A DNA stretch of 64,000 nt from IMG/VR virus record IMGVR_UViG_3300037714_000266, positions 14,176 to 78,175 of that record; one strand, written 5' to 3'. The notes under the pieces are model-generated. The model was not told where the DNA came from, did not search any database, and worked only from the letters and a program-made list of their open reading frames with translations. The DNA is from a virus (lineage: Duplodnaviria; Caudoviricetes). Position numbers and translations under genes: made by a program. This document shows positions 21,594-31,932 of the stretch, one piece after another. How positions within the stretch are numbered: the stretch's first letter is position 1; the number at the start of each line of letters is the position of its first letter.

Positions 21594-23078
21594 CTACTTC
21601 ACCGACAGCAGCGTCTTGACGAGCGCATCGGCCGACTTGACGAAGCCACGGTACCCTTCACGGGTAATCACGAATTCGTGCTCAGTGTCAGACCACTCCT
21701 CTGGATCGGTCTTCTTCACCATGGCAGCGACGGATTCGAATCGATCCATGAGTTTCTTGGACTTGGCCAACGATGCCTTTGTGTCCTTGGTGAATCGAGC
21801 GATGTCGATCTTCCCGTTTCGTTCGCGAAAGAGATTGACCCCTGCTCGCCAGGTGCGTGTGTGTCGATCGAAGACCTCTATCGCCTTCATCAGGTTGTCG
21901 GCCGCTTCACCGATCTTTGGGTCGTCACAAAGTGCCGACCAACTCGACACGACGTTGCCCATAGATCCCGCGAACGCGTCGTAGGCTCCCCAGAGGGCGG
22001 TGCCGGCATAGTTGACCGCCTTGTAGTCAGCGGTTCCGACAGGGTCCTTGCGAACCTCCATCGTCTTCGTCTTCCAGCCGGTTTCGACAGAACCCCACCC
22101 TTCGGCGAGGATGTCGTCGATGTCTGGCTCAACCTCCTCCTGTCGAAGAGGTGTGATCTGGTACTGATCGTCGATGCGTTGAATCGTACCAGTGGTGATG
22201 AGTTGATTGAGCGTCTGACGATCAACACCAACGACCCATGCGCGATTCACACTGAACTGATGACCGCCGAAGCTCTCCTTCAGTTTTGTGGCCGCATCGC
22301 GAAGATCAGTGTCCTCGATGTCTCCGATGGCGTCTTCGTTGATCTGGGGACGGCTGCGGATGGACTCCGGATTTCCACTGCGATCGAGAGCGTTAAGTTT
22401 GAAGTCGAACCCGGTCTCCAGAAGATCCTGGATGTGGCCGATTCGACGCATCGGATTGATGTGACCGAACCGCGTCTCGTAGACATACCCGTCGGAGGCG
22501 ACGACGATCGGGGTGAACTCGTCCACCGAGATGACGATATTACCGTCGTCCTTGCGCGTGGCGAGTACCCTCGATCGAGGAGCGGTCTGTTTGCGAATGA
22601 CCTTCACCATCCGGCGGGCCATCGGCATGAAGTCAGGGTTCTCTTCGTCGGGTTCAGGAACCTCGCTGTCGGGAACCTTTTCCTCTGTGTACGGATGGAC
22701 GTATCCGGCGTTGCCAGATGTGTTGTCCCGCATGACCAAGGTGCCATGAGCGGTGTCGCCTTCTGCACCGTGATCCTGGCCCTTGTCGCGCCAACCATGG
22801 ATACGTGCCTGCCGCATGAGTTCACTGGATGCCATCTCACCGATGAGGCAATGCGCCGCTCGACCGCGTTCATCGAAATAGACGATCCCACGCTGCCCCA
22901 TGGCGTCGTTGAACTTGTGGCGGCACGGCGTCTCCGTGAAGACAAAATCCTCCAACGCCGCGCGCGTCTCTGAGTCCAGATCGCCATTCCATGGCCTGGT
23001 CATCAACTCGCCGCGATCGACCGCGCCGTCCATCTTGAGGCCGGTTTGTTCGGACAGCTCCATCATTGACTCGAACAT
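21594..23078 (-). CDS. Putative virion / internal head protein
   Basis: 494 aa; leader MFESMMELSE; INED, LKES, LAEG sites. Confidence 0.65.
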   Translation of the reverse strand: MFESMMELSEQTGLKMDGAVDRGELMTRPWNGDLDSETRAALEDFVFTETPCRHKFNDAMGQRGIVYFDERGRAAHCLIGEMASSELMRQARIHGWRDKGQDHGAEGDTAHGTLVMRDNTSGNAGYVHPYTEEKVPDSEVPEPDEENPDFMPMARRMVKVIRKQTAPRSRVLATRKDDGNIVISVDEFTPIVVASDGYVYETRFGHINPMRRIGHIQDLLETGFDFKLNALDRSGNPESIRSRPQINEDAIGDIEDTDLRDAATKLKESFGGHQFSVNRAWVVGVDRQTLNQLITTGTIQRIDDQYQITPLRQEEVEPDIDDILAEGWGSVETGWKTKTMEVRKDPVGTADYKAVNYAGTALWGAYDAFAGSMGNVVSSWSALCDDPKIGEAADNLMKAIEVFDRHTRTWRAGVNLFRERNGKIDIARFTKDTKASLAKSKKLMDRFESVAAMVKKTDPEEWSDTEHEFVITREGYRGFVKSADALVKTLLSVK

Positions 23079-23536
23079 CAGCGCTTCCTCCGCTTCTTGG
23101 TCTTCTTTTTACCCTTACCATGGTCGAGGTGCTCGAAGGGACTTCCTGAACTAAAGGGTCCGCCGTCGGTCACCTTTGCCGATCCTGGCGCTACGTGAAC
23201 CTTGTACTTCTGAGCCAGGTCGCGAAGATCCCCTGATGCTGATGGACTCGTGCCAATGCCATGGATACCCATTGGCATGACAAAGTCGACTCCGAAGCCG
23301 CTGGTTTTTCTGGCTCGCTCTGCCAAAAAATCAACCAAGGGAACGAACTGACGACGCTCGACTCTGAACGGAACCTTCACCGGTCCAATGAACGGCTGCT
23401 TACGATCGCTACCACTGCGTTGTCGACGACGTCGGCCGTCTTCCATCCGGTCGACCTTGCCCATGACACGCATGCCCTTGTAGCCGACGCCGCCGCCGAC
23501 CGAGGAGCGCGCATTGGAGTTTCCAGCGGCACCCAT
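23078..23536 (-). CDS. Basic hypothetical protein
   Basis: Coupled to neighbours; K/R-rich C-terminus; start uncertain. Confidence 0.5.
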   Translation of the reverse strand: MGAAGNSNARSSVGGGVGYKGMRVMGKVDRMEDGRRRRQRSGSDRKQPFIGPVKVPFRVERRQFVPLVDFLAERARKTSGFGVDFVMPMGIHGIGTSPSASGDLRDLAQKYKVHVAPGSAKVTDGGPFSSGSPFEHLDHGKGKKKTKKRRKR

Positions 23537-23793
23537 CAGCCGCCCCCGTGCGTCTTAGAAACCAAACGCAAGTAGTCTACCGCCTCTGGTTTTCCATGAG
23601 TCTCCAAGTAGAGCTTGATCGCCTTGTCGAGCACCTGCCCAGGGCTCACGTGGTATCCGATCTCTCTCGACTCTTCGCGAGCCTGGCGCGCGAGCGTCTC
23701 CACCATGACTCGCTGAACCATGAGTATCACGATGTCGCCAGCACTCTGGATGCTGTCGAACGTCTCGTCGTCGATGGTGTTGTCGAAATCCAC
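23536..23793 (-). CDS. Hypothetical protein
   Basis: 85 aa, one-base overlaps with both neighbours. Confidence 0.6.
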   Translation of the reverse strand: MDFDNTIDDETFDSIQSAGDIVILMVQRVMVETLARQAREESREIGYHVSPGQVLDKAIKLYLETHGKPEAVDYLRLVSKTHGGG

Positions 23794-24557
23794 TAGCCGA
23801 CTTTCTTCAGGTAACTAGAGACTTGCTTGCTCATCAAACCCATGTCCTTGCGGCTATGGAAACGAACACGCCCATTCTCCTGAACGACCTCGGCGAACTC
23901 CAGCGCCACTTCGAGCATCCGCGGAAAACCGCTCGGGAACCACTCCTGATAGGTGACCTCGCACTGTGTCATGATGGTCGTGATGTGATCGTTGCCGGTG
24001 TGTCCTAGTTTCGTGTTCGGCATGACCAGCAAGATTTTTGGCGGCTCGAAAACACGGATATCCTCCGCTGTTTTGCCGGAGTAGTACGGATACGTGAAGT
24101 AGCGGAGCCACGACACAACGGCTCGAAGATCGAGGTCTCGCGTTCCGATCTTCAAACCAGCGGTGATGCCAGCGTTCTCGGTGGGGTAGGCGTTTGCGTC
24201 TCCGAACTGCTGGATCTCACCAGCTATGTCCGCAGACCCTGACAACGGCAGGTGTTCTGGTTCTGTGTCTGTGGTGAACACAGCCGTGAATCCAACACGT
24301 CGCTCGCCGCCGTGTGTCCATTGGTATATGGGGTGCGACCCACCAGGGATGTACCTGGGGTTCCAGGTGATCTCCCGACTGTCGGTGATTGACTCTGGCC
24401 AGTATTGAAGTGCGATCTCAACCTGTGCCTTGTTCTCGGCCCATGGAAAGATCTCTCCGGGCGCCGGGTCCTTTCCTATCAGATAGGCTTTCTCCAGCGC
24501 CGGCAGGTGCGGAACGCTGACGAGTTGTGAAAGTATGTTGGTCGGAAGATCTGGCAC
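23793..24557 (-). CDS. Contractile-system tube-initiator / baseplate tube-cap-like protein
   Basis: LQYWPESITD...W....IPGGSHPIYQWTHGGER...F motif of CIS-tube-domain proteins. Confidence 0.75.
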   Translation of the reverse strand: MPDLPTNILSQLVSVPHLPALEKAYLIGKDPAPGEIFPWAENKAQVEIALQYWPESITDSREITWNPRYIPGGSHPIYQWTHGGERRVGFTAVFTTDTEPEHLPLSGSADIAGEIQQFGDANAYPTENAGITAGLKIGTRDLDLRAVVSWLRYFTYPYYSGKTAEDIRVFEPPKILLVMPNTKLGHTGNDHITTIMTQCEVTYQEWFPSGFPRMLEVALEFAEVVQENGRVRFHSRKDMGLMSKQVSSYLKKVG

Positions 24558-24569
24558 ACCAACAGCTTA

Positions 24570-24770
24570 TCAGCTCGGCTCGATGAGACCCGCCTTGATT
24601 GCCAGTGCCTTGAGCAGATCATCCTTCTGAGCGCCATTGAGCGACTCGAACGTCTCCCCCAAGAACGCGCCCTTGGCCTCTTTGGCCATTCTGACTTGAT
24701 CGATCTTCTTCTTCTGCGAGCTGTTTTCCCAACCCGCTCCGCTCTTCAGCTTCTTCGCTGCCTTCGCCAT
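24570..24770 (-). CDS. Small hypothetical protein
   Basis: 66 aa with GGAG RBS. Confidence 0.6.
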   Translation of the reverse strand: MAKAAKKLKSGAGWENSSQKKKIDQVRMAKEAKGAFLGETFESLNGAQKDDLLKALAIKAGLIEPS

Positions 24771-25250
24771 CTACTCCTCCACTCGCGGAAGCACCGGGCC
24801 GGTCTTCGGTACGAATTGAGACCCAGTTTTGCGATTGGGTTGCTTCTCCACGATCTCTCTCGGAACCACCTGTCGAACACTGATCGTGACGTCATCGAGA
24901 CTGGTGGCACCAGCCGGGATGCTGCACGAGAAGAGACGACCCAGTGTCTGGTACTCGGAATCGTTGAGGTCGAATGGTCTGTCTGCACCATCCTGAAGAA
25001 CCTCGTCCACAACCACGCTTACCTCGAAAGCGGGGGCTGGTCCCTTCACCAAAGAGGCAAGCAAAACCGTGTCGTAGGTCGCATCCGGTGTGACCACGTA
25101 CTCCGCGTCATCGGAAAGGGTCAGCGCTTCGCCGCAGTAGTGGAAGTCGCCGCTGCCAACGGTGATGAGCATTCCGTTGACGGACACGGGAAGGGCAAGG
25201 TCGTTACGACCTTCCACTCCATTCTGCTTGATGATGTTGATCGTAGCCAT
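24771..25250 (-). CDS. Tail-fibre-associated protein
   Basis: Start ATG 25250 (GAGGG RBS), directly after the fibre gene. Confidence 0.55.
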   Translation of the reverse strand: MATINIIKQNGVEGRNDLALPVSVNGMLITVGSGDFHYCGEALTLSDDAEYVVTPDATYDTVLLASLVKGPAPAFEVSVVVDEVLQDGADRPFDLNDSEYQTLGRLFSCSIPAGATSLDDVTISVRQVVPREIVEKQPNRKTGSQFVPKTGPVLPRVEE

Positions 25251-25257
25251 CAGACCC

Positions 25258-27393
25258 TCACTGGCGAAGTTCGCCATGGCAAATGAACGAGAACGTTCTG
25301 GCGTTGCTCGATGAAAGAGCAACCGTACCACCAGTGTCATCGAACACCGTAATCGTGAACCCCGATGCCGCGAGAGAGCTGAATGACAGGAATTCCGACT
25401 GCCCTCCAAGCAGCGCGCCGGCCAAGATCAGATTTGCGTTGTCGAGCGCGTCGACGAAAGATACGTCGATAACATTGCCCGTTCGAATCGCCGTCCAATT
25501 GTACCCATCGACGGTACCGAAGGCACCGCTGGCGTCGACGGTGATGAACCCTGTTGCCTTGACCACAGTCTGGTCGCGCAGGGCGATAGACGGGAACGCT
25601 CCGGCCGTCTCGGCGACGTTTTCAGCAGTCGCACCTGGGATCGAGATCAGCGCGGTTCCCGCATTGCCCCTGACGTTCAGTTGAGTCGTAGCCGGAGAGA
25701 GAAGTACCTCGAAGATCGGGTTGTTGCTATTGGTATCCCAGGCGCCATCAGCCCATGGAGTGGCGTTGCCAGGGGTGTCCTTGCACCACGCCTTGATTCC
25801 CTCCCTATTGAGAACGAGAGCCCACGAAGCGTCAGCGGTATCTCTATTCCAAAGGGCGGTCGTTTGGTCGTACCTGGCGTTGATAGTGATCATGAAGCCG
25901 CTTGGCTCGACGAACCCCTGGATCTCATTCGCTTGGTAGAACCGGATCTCTCCTACGTCATCATGCGTCGACAGATCATCGAAGTTGACGGCAGCGATGA
26001 GATCCTTCTCACCGGATGCGCCAAAGCTGTTGTACCGCGTGTCGGCTATCTCTCGATCTGTGATTCTGTCTTGAGTCTTGGCCGCTTCGCGAAATCCACC
26101 GAGAACCTGCTTGTAAAAGGTTCCGGCGTTCGCTGTTCCACGCATCAACTCAGCAAGAAACTGATAGGTTCCGCCGGCAGACGGGACGTCTGCTACGTTC
26201 ACTTGTTCGTGCGTCTGGTTGACGAAGTCGTCCATGCTGACCACGAGACCAGTGATCGCCGGAGCGAGTAGCGTACGTGTCCCAGCGAGGTCGCCGCCCA
26301 TGAGTCCAGCGTCTGCGCGAAGCAAATCGCTGCTGAATGTCTGCCGACGCACCCAGACGCGAATATCATCGAAGAACACCGCGTCGCCGCTACCAGGGGT
26401 GACGCCGTCTGTATCTGCTTCGATCCCCACACGCATCCACAAAGCACCCGCTGGCGCCTCGATGATCTCCTCGAATGTCGTGTAGGCGAACGTTCCTGAT
26501 AGTGAGTTGTCGCCACCCACCGACACAAATGACAGTGGTGAAAGCGTCGCGTCGTAGAACCTGATGAGCAGTCCGTACGCGGAAGCCGCGCCGCCCACTG
26601 GCATCCCGTCACCGCGCACCGAAACGCGAGCCTTCACGAGAGAGCCGGCACTCACTGGAATGACCTTCGACTGAATGGTGTCGTCGTTGACCATCGGCAC
26701 CGACCCGTCGGACCTGATCTCCAATTCGTTGGTTCCGAAAAGAGGCGATGCCGTGCTGATGTGAATGGTGTACCCAGCCGCATTGAATGCGCCGAACCAC
26801 CCAGGAATACGATCGACGGCAAATCCACCCACCGGTGATGGAGGAGCAGATTCGAAAATACCGTTGACGATCACCTGCTCCCATTCGCGTAGAGCCGCAG
26901 ATGGAGAGAGACCCGCTTCGCGACGCTGAGCAGGTGTAATCGCAGAGCCGGCGATGGGACCAGATCCTGGCACCACCACCCTACCGATCACCACGAGGTA
27001 CGCAGCCTCAGACACTGGAGACGTGATCAGTTCGGTCTCTGAGTAGGTGCGCCATTCGACGATGGTCGCGTTAGAGATCGTGTACTCGACGTACAGACAG
27101 ACGTAGATCGTGCTGCTAGCAACCGTTGCCAGGTCGAGAGTGACGTTCCCTTCTTGCCGAAACGTGAGTTGACGACCATCGGCGTCGATGTACGAATAGA
27201 CCGAGTCGCCGGTGTCTGGATCTGCGTCGATTCTGACATTCAGTCCCGAAGCAGCCGTCACCAAGGTGCCGCCACGAAGGATTCCAGGCGGCACGATCCC
27301 GTTCAGTTTTTTGTTGAGCCCGTCCGATACATACGGCTCGGTCCACCTCATCTTCACGAGGTCGTTGGATGGTGTTGTGATCGTCGTCGGCAT
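25258..27393 (-). CDS. Tail fibre protein with carbohydrate-binding-like domain
   Basis: 711 aa, beta-rich; WEQVIVNGIFE...GW...jelly-roll pattern; follows the collar gene. Confidence 0.7.
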   Translation of the reverse strand: MPTTITTPSNDLVKMRWTEPYVSDGLNKKLNGIVPPGILRGGTLVTAASGLNVRIDADPDTGDSVYSYIDADGRQLTFRQEGNVTLDLATVASSTIYVCLYVEYTISNATIVEWRTYSETELITSPVSEAAYLVVIGRVVVPGSGPIAGSAITPAQRREAGLSPSAALREWEQVIVNGIFESAPPSPVGGFAVDRIPGWFGAFNAAGYTIHISTASPLFGTNELEIRSDGSVPMVNDDTIQSKVIPVSAGSLVKARVSVRGDGMPVGGAASAYGLLIRFYDATLSPLSFVSVGGDNSLSGTFAYTTFEEIIEAPAGALWMRVGIEADTDGVTPGSGDAVFFDDIRVWVRRQTFSSDLLRADAGLMGGDLAGTRTLLAPAITGLVVSMDDFVNQTHEQVNVADVPSAGGTYQFLAELMRGTANAGTFYKQVLGGFREAAKTQDRITDREIADTRYNSFGASGEKDLIAAVNFDDLSTHDDVGEIRFYQANEIQGFVEPSGFMITINARYDQTTALWNRDTADASWALVLNREGIKAWCKDTPGNATPWADGAWDTNSNNPIFEVLLSPATTQLNVRGNAGTALISIPGATAENVAETAGAFPSIALRDQTVVKATGFITVDASGAFGTVDGYNWTAIRTGNVIDVSFVDALDNANLILAGALLGGQSEFLSFSSLAASGFTITVFDDTGGTVALSSSNARTFSFICHGELRQ

Positions 27394-27411
27394 CTGCTTC
27401 TTCTACTCCAA

Positions 27412-28128
27412 TTACCAAACCAGTTGGATGATGTGGTTGAGTTGAACCGATCCTGATTTGGTCTCCAGGTCGAACGTTACGTAAACAAGCATCACCCCGT
27501 TTTGATCGAAAAGACCAAGCTCGAAAAACTCCGGGTTGTTCCCGGGTTGATCGATGTTGGCTTCTGCCGCTGACACGATGGCCGTGATCTCGTCGATGGC
27601 TGGTGAGGTGCTCAGAAGAAGAACGTCGCCCGCTATCAGGGTCTTACGAAACGTGAACAATGGCTCGTCGGCAACTCGGCATTCACGGCCGCTGATGGTC
27701 GCTCCTGCATAGTTTGCCGTAAGCGTGATCTGTAGATTGTTGTCGACGGTCAGAACCTGACCCCAGACATCATGTTCTGATCCTGGATCACCGGCAGATC
27801 CGAACTCACTTCCAACACCACCTGTGAAATCGGGCCCAGGCTTGATCCACTGCCCTGGAACCACGTCGACCGTGAACTGAGTTCCGGTGCCGACAACGAC
27901 CGCTGTGCCGTCGAAGGCCACTGTGCCACCGCTATTCAGCGGAGCGCCTTCGGATTCCAGATCGGTGAACGTGGCGTTTGGTGAGATCGGCACCTTGGGG
28001 GAACCGGTGAAGCCGCCTTCTCCGATCTTGAATCGAACAATTGCTTGCTGAGAGTCAGGGACATCCCGCGCGAAGACCCGGGCGAGGACCCCTCTCCAAC
28101 TCTCCTGCACTATTGCGTTGACCGACAT
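27412..28128 (-). CDS. Tail collar / fibre attachment protein (DUF3751-like)
   Basis: FKIGEGG ... ELGLFDQNGVMLVYVTFDLETK motif. Confidence 0.7.
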   Translation of the reverse strand: MSVNAIVQESWRGVLARVFARDVPDSQQAIVRFKIGEGGFTGSPKVPISPNATFTDLESEGAPLNSGGTVAFDGTAVVVGTGTQFTVDVVPGQWIKPGPDFTGGVGSEFGSAGDPGSEHDVWGQVLTVDNNLQITLTANYAGATISGRECRVADEPLFTFRKTLIAGDVLLLSTSPAIDEITAIVSAAEANIDQPGNNPEFFELGLFDQNGVMLVYVTFDLETKSGSVQLNHIIQLVW

Positions 28129-28138
28129 TCCTACCCTC

Positions 28139-29722
28139 TCATGGCACCGTGAACACCGTCGCCGACGCGATCATGTGGTCGGTGTCGGCCTCGATAACGT
28201 CGGCCGGAACGATGTCGTAGTAATAACCGACGCTTGCCGCTGCTGTCACTATAGTCGCAGCTTGCGCGGTTGCTGTGATGTTCATAGTCGCCTGGACAGG
28301 TCCGAGGATGTGAATGATGTCAGTGAGTCGCACATGAATCGGCACGACTTGAAGCATTTTTTGGACGAGGCGCGTCAAAACACCAGCCAGCAACGCGTCC
28401 GGGTCCGTAAGTACCTCAGTGGGAATAACCTCAATCCGAAGGACCGACGCGCGACACCAATCACATCGTGCGACCCGGTGGCAGTCGTAGACCATGTCAA
28501 CGATACCGCCAAAGACCGGTGCGTCGCCCGCATACACTTCGACCTCCCAGTCATCGCCACCGACGTTGACCGGGGTCGTCTCCAAGTAGACGGGATCATC
28601 GAACTCGCCGTCGGGGAACTCTGCGTACCAATACCCGACTGAGAGGAGTTGCTCATCGATCGGCTGACCCACGCTGTTGGCCGTGAACCTGACCGACCAC
28701 CTACCGTCGGAGAGGTCAGCAGTCGACACGATCGTCATCCCTAGGACGTCGAGAGAGAGAGCGATGGCATCGTGCACCGTAGTCCCATCGGGAACCGTTC
28801 CAGACGCAGGCGGCTCAACCGGCTCAGATGCCCAGTTGGGTGTCTCGAAACAAAAGAAATCCAGAGGAATGGTGTCAGCCGGGATCTCGTCAAAGAACGG
28901 CTGATCCGGATCGAGGTCCGTGTAGAGTTTCCCACTGCCTATGGGAAGTTCGTAGACGTTTGCAGCCGGGATAGCAGCCGGTGCCGGATTGCTGATTCGC
29001 CATAGGCCAAGAGGAGTAGCTCTGTAGCCGCTGATCTTGCCGAGGATGTCGTACGCCTTGACCGTACCCTTTAGCGGAAGCCACTGACTGACATTCCGGA
29101 TGGCGCTGCGCTGGTAAGCTGCCGGCTCGTGCTGATCGATATCGACGCCGTAGTCGTTACCGAGAAGCTGAATGAGAGCTGGCGGTCGAAGCGTGGCGCC
29201 GGCAAACCCCACACCCTCAGTCGCCTCGGTCGCTGGCAAAGCCGTGCCAAAGAGCCGGATCACGGGGCCGCGGTCGTCGAGTTTGTGAACCGAGTTGACT
29301 CGAAACGTGGTCCCAGTAGCGTCCTCGAAGATCCACCCCACCGAGGCCGCCTGAAGAGGTTCTAAGGGGTCGCTCGGGTCCGGGTCGTCCAGAAACACCT
29401 CCACGGTCAACCCTCCCTCAGCAATAGCTGGAGGACTTCCTGGGGTTATCTGTGCGGACAGCGGTGTGATGGAGACGTTTTCGTCGAATTGTGTCCTGAC
29501 GAGATCCGGATCCCTGAGCGAATGGAAATCAACCACCCGCAGAAGCATCTCTTCAAAAAGCGGCTGTACCGATTCGGAGAATTTCTCCAAACGGTTTCCC
29601 TGTGCCGGCTGCCGATCTAGAAACCGATCGATTTCTGGCAGGTCGTTGAAGAGCACCTGCCGAGACCAATCGAATCTACCGAACGGACCAGAGCCGAACG
29701 AGCCGCTTCCAAAACCAGGCAA
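28139..29722 (-). CDS. Baseplate wedge protein (tail protein I-like)
   Basis: LLGNDYG...RSAIRNVSQWLPLKGT..AY..LG; C-terminal ..PIHV motif; TTG start with GGAGGG RBS. Confidence 0.7.
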   Translation of the reverse strand: MPGFGSGSFGSGPFGRFDWSRQVLFNDLPEIDRFLDRQPAQGNRLEKFSESVQPLFEEMLLRVVDFHSLRDPDLVRTQFDENVSITPLSAQITPGSPPAIAEGGLTVEVFLDDPDPSDPLEPLQAASVGWIFEDATGTTFRVNSVHKLDDRGPVIRLFGTALPATEATEGVGFAGATLRPPALIQLLGNDYGVDIDQHEPAAYQRSAIRNVSQWLPLKGTVKAYDILGKISGYRATPLGLWRISNPAPAAIPAANVYELPIGSGKLYTDLDPDQPFFDEIPADTIPLDFFCFETPNWASEPVEPPASGTVPDGTTVHDAIALSLDVLGMTIVSTADLSDGRWSVRFTANSVGQPIDEQLLSVGYWYAEFPDGEFDDPVYLETTPVNVGGDDWEVEVYAGDAPVFGGIVDMVYDCHRVARCDWCRASVLRIEVIPTEVLTDPDALLAGVLTRLVQKMLQVVPIHVRLTDIIHILGPVQATMNITATAQAATIVTAAASVGYYYDIVPADVIEADTDHMIASATVFTVP

Positions 29723-29733
29723 CTACCCCTCCT

Positions 29734-29749
29734 GTGCAGACGTCTGCAC
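29734..29749. repeat. 16-bp palindrome GTGCAGACGTCTGCAC, copy 3 of 5
   Basis: Exact; fills the intergenic gap between a stop codon (29751) and the next RBS. Confidence 0.95.
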
Positions 29750-29750
29750 C

Positions 29751-31283
29751 TCAACTCGTGATGTTGTGTGCCATCACGTCGTTTCCGGTGCCGCCATCGA
29801 CGACTGGATTCGTCGGTCCAATGAGCAAACACCCGATCGCTTGGTTGTTCACGGTGTTTGCGGTCAACTCCAGGCCATTGGTGATTCCGGCCTCCACATT
29901 CACACCCCTGAACGCACAACGGTTCACGGTGTCATCGAACAGGACACCAGACTGCCCACCGACGCCTTCGATGGTCATGTCAGATCCAAGGAGTCGTGTG
30001 ATGGAATCCTGGATGTGAATACCCACCCACGAAGCATCTGCCGCAGCATTCCGGATCTGACCCTCTCCAACCTGCGATCTCGACGCTTGAGCGCTCACCT
30101 CGACGCCAATGTTGAACTGATCGTGAAAATTGAACCCACGCAGATGACATCGGTTACGCAACGCTGCCGCGATGTCGAGACCGTAGGCGACCGCGCCGTT
30201 GATCACATGCGGCTGCGTGGCCGTTGTTCCGCCAACCACCCGCCATCCAATGAGGTCAGCAGCCACAGAGTTGTCCCTAAGCGATGGTGCAGAGAAGATT
30301 TCGCAGTTGAGTTGTTTCGTAACAACCATGTTGTTCGATACCGAAAAAACACCTCGAATGAAGAGGTTGGTAGCCTGTGTACCACCATACGCACCAAGGA
30401 ACGTGACCCTGACGCGTTCGCATTTTGCGTAGTTTCCATTGAGCCTGACGACGTAGTCAGCCGTGTTTCCGGGACCGGTAGGTAACGCCACCTCAACGCC
30501 CACATCGACGAGTTGGCTGTCTTCGCTGAGCGTGATCGCGCTCATGTCGTCAGATGACTTCGTACGGATGATGCTCGCGCCTGCCGCAGCTCCGCGCACA
30601 CGTACGCCAGCAGGAACGATAAACGGTACGGTTGCTCCGACTCCGAGGTCGTAAACCCCTGGTCGGATGTAAACCTCTGTGTCACTAGTGGCCGCCGCCA
30701 GTGCCGCGGCGAGTTGCGCTCCATCGCCAATGTCGAGGTAATCGGCGTCGCTGGATACGTCACCGGCCCCGGTGTTGCCAACGATAATGGGCGCCGTCCG
30801 TGGATTGGCTCCTCCTGCGCCGCCGACCCCTTGTGCCGAGCCTATATTGGTGACCGCGTCGGTGTTGTTGAGAAGCAAACCATTGCGGACATAGAGTCTG
30901 TCGCCGATTCGTGTAGCGATCGCAAACGCGTCATTCGTCGACGGCACCGTGCTCGACGCTACAATCGCGACATTCGTGTTTGAACCCGGTGCCCGAGACA
31001 AGGTTACGTAGGCGGTCTCGCCATTGGCGATATCGATGTTGCCGGCAGGGATCTGCCACAAGAACCCAGTAATGGGTGCCGTGATCATCAACGCCGAGGC
31101 CCACGAGAACGTAGGCGCTGTCCAATTGATGACTCCGCCTTCGGCAAGGACGGCGTGACGATCTTCTCGCGATGCGTATCCGACAGCGTCTATCGCATTG
31201 ACGAAGTCACGAAACGCGTCGAACCACGGATCGTCTTCGGCCGACGGATACGGCAGAACCAAACGTGGTGACTGTTCAGCCAT
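29751..31283 (-). CDS. Tailspike / fibre with right-handed beta-helix (pectin-lyase-like)
   Basis: DGAQLAAALAAA...VYIRPGVYDL...VRVRGA followed by beta-helix repeats. Confidence 0.75.
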   Translation of the reverse strand: MAEQSPRLVLPYPSAEDDPWFDAFRDFVNAIDAVGYASREDRHAVLAEGGVINWTAPTFSWASALMITAPITGFLWQIPAGNIDIANGETAYVTLSRAPGSNTNVAIVASSTVPSTNDAFAIATRIGDRLYVRNGLLLNNTDAVTNIGSAQGVGGAGGANPRTAPIIVGNTGAGDVSSDADYLDIGDGAQLAAALAAATSDTEVYIRPGVYDLGVGATVPFIVPAGVRVRGAAAGASIIRTKSSDDMSAITLSEDSQLVDVGVEVALPTGPGNTADYVVRLNGNYAKCERVRVTFLGAYGGTQATNLFIRGVFSVSNNMVVTKQLNCEIFSAPSLRDNSVAADLIGWRVVGGTTATQPHVINGAVAYGLDIAAALRNRCHLRGFNFHDQFNIGVEVSAQASRSQVGEGQIRNAAADASWVGIHIQDSITRLLGSDMTIEGVGGQSGVLFDDTVNRCAFRGVNVEAGITNGLELTANTVNNQAIGCLLIGPTNPVVDGGTGNDVMAHNITS

Positions 31284-31932
31284 CTCGCCCCTCGTCAGCC
31301 TTCCAAGCGTCCCCGATGTCGTATGCCTCTTCCTCGTGCACCGAACCCCGGTAGGCGTTCTCTCCTCGGAGTCTGGCGGTCAATCCGTTGTAGATACCCA
31401 TCCACAGGTAGCCTACCCACCAGTTGAACAAGAAGATGGCAACGCCCCACCCAACATGCCCCAGTACGACAACTGTACCGCCGTTGTACAACCCAACAGC
31501 AAACGATCGCAGCATCGTGGCCTCGAACTGTTCGACATGAACGTGCTCGTGCTCCTGGGTTCTTCCCCATCCATTGAGATTGGCCGCTCCGGGTCCATAG
31601 AAGCCGCCGTGTCCCAGGGTGGTCCCTCCCCATGTGAGATACTTTCCGAGGCGGTTCGTTGCCGACGCCGGCCGAAGAAGCGGCTCCTCTTTCGTTAGGA
31701 ACGCGAACCAGCTCCCGCTGTCGTAGTGGGCGTACCAACTCCGTGTCGGCCATGAATCAGGCTTCAAGTCACACCACAGACTCTTACCGTCTCCGCTTTC
31801 CGGGTTCGGGTTTTGCTCCCACCTCAGATTCTCACCCCAGAGAAGACGGATGAGTAACACGAGTGGCCAGCACACCGTCAGGTTCCAAATGGCTGCGGTC
31901 ACGTACAACACGATATGTCGTTTGGTCTTCAT
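31276..31932 (-). CDS. Membrane protein with HExxH (HEHVHVEQ) motif
   Basis: N-terminal and C-terminal TM segments; coupled to both neighbours. Confidence 0.65.
   Translation of the reverse strand: MKTKRHIVLYVTAAIWNLTVCWPLVLLIRLLWGENLRWEQNPNPESGDGKSLWCDLKPDSWPTRSWYAHYDSGSWFAFLTKEEPLLRPASATNRLGKYLTWGGTTLGHGGFYGPGAANLNGWGRTQEHEHVHVEQFEATMLRSFAVGLYNGGTVVVLGHVGWGVAIFLFNWWVGYLWMGIYNGLTARLRGENAYRGSVHEEEAYDIGDAWKADEGRDG

Noticed and set aside
21363-22973. 536-aa plus-strand ORF and many other long antisense ORFs (e.g. 968..1642, 6335..7072, 29466..30485, 62542..63444)
   Set aside because: Shadow frames of GC-rich minus-strand genes; no RBS or motifs, and they overlap well-supported genes.
26178-26194. 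GCAGAC-GGGAC-GTCTGC and partial matches to the 16-bp palindrome (also near 37151 and 51692)
   Set aside because: Different spacing or only 8-9 matching bases, compatible with chance in GC-rich coding DNA.
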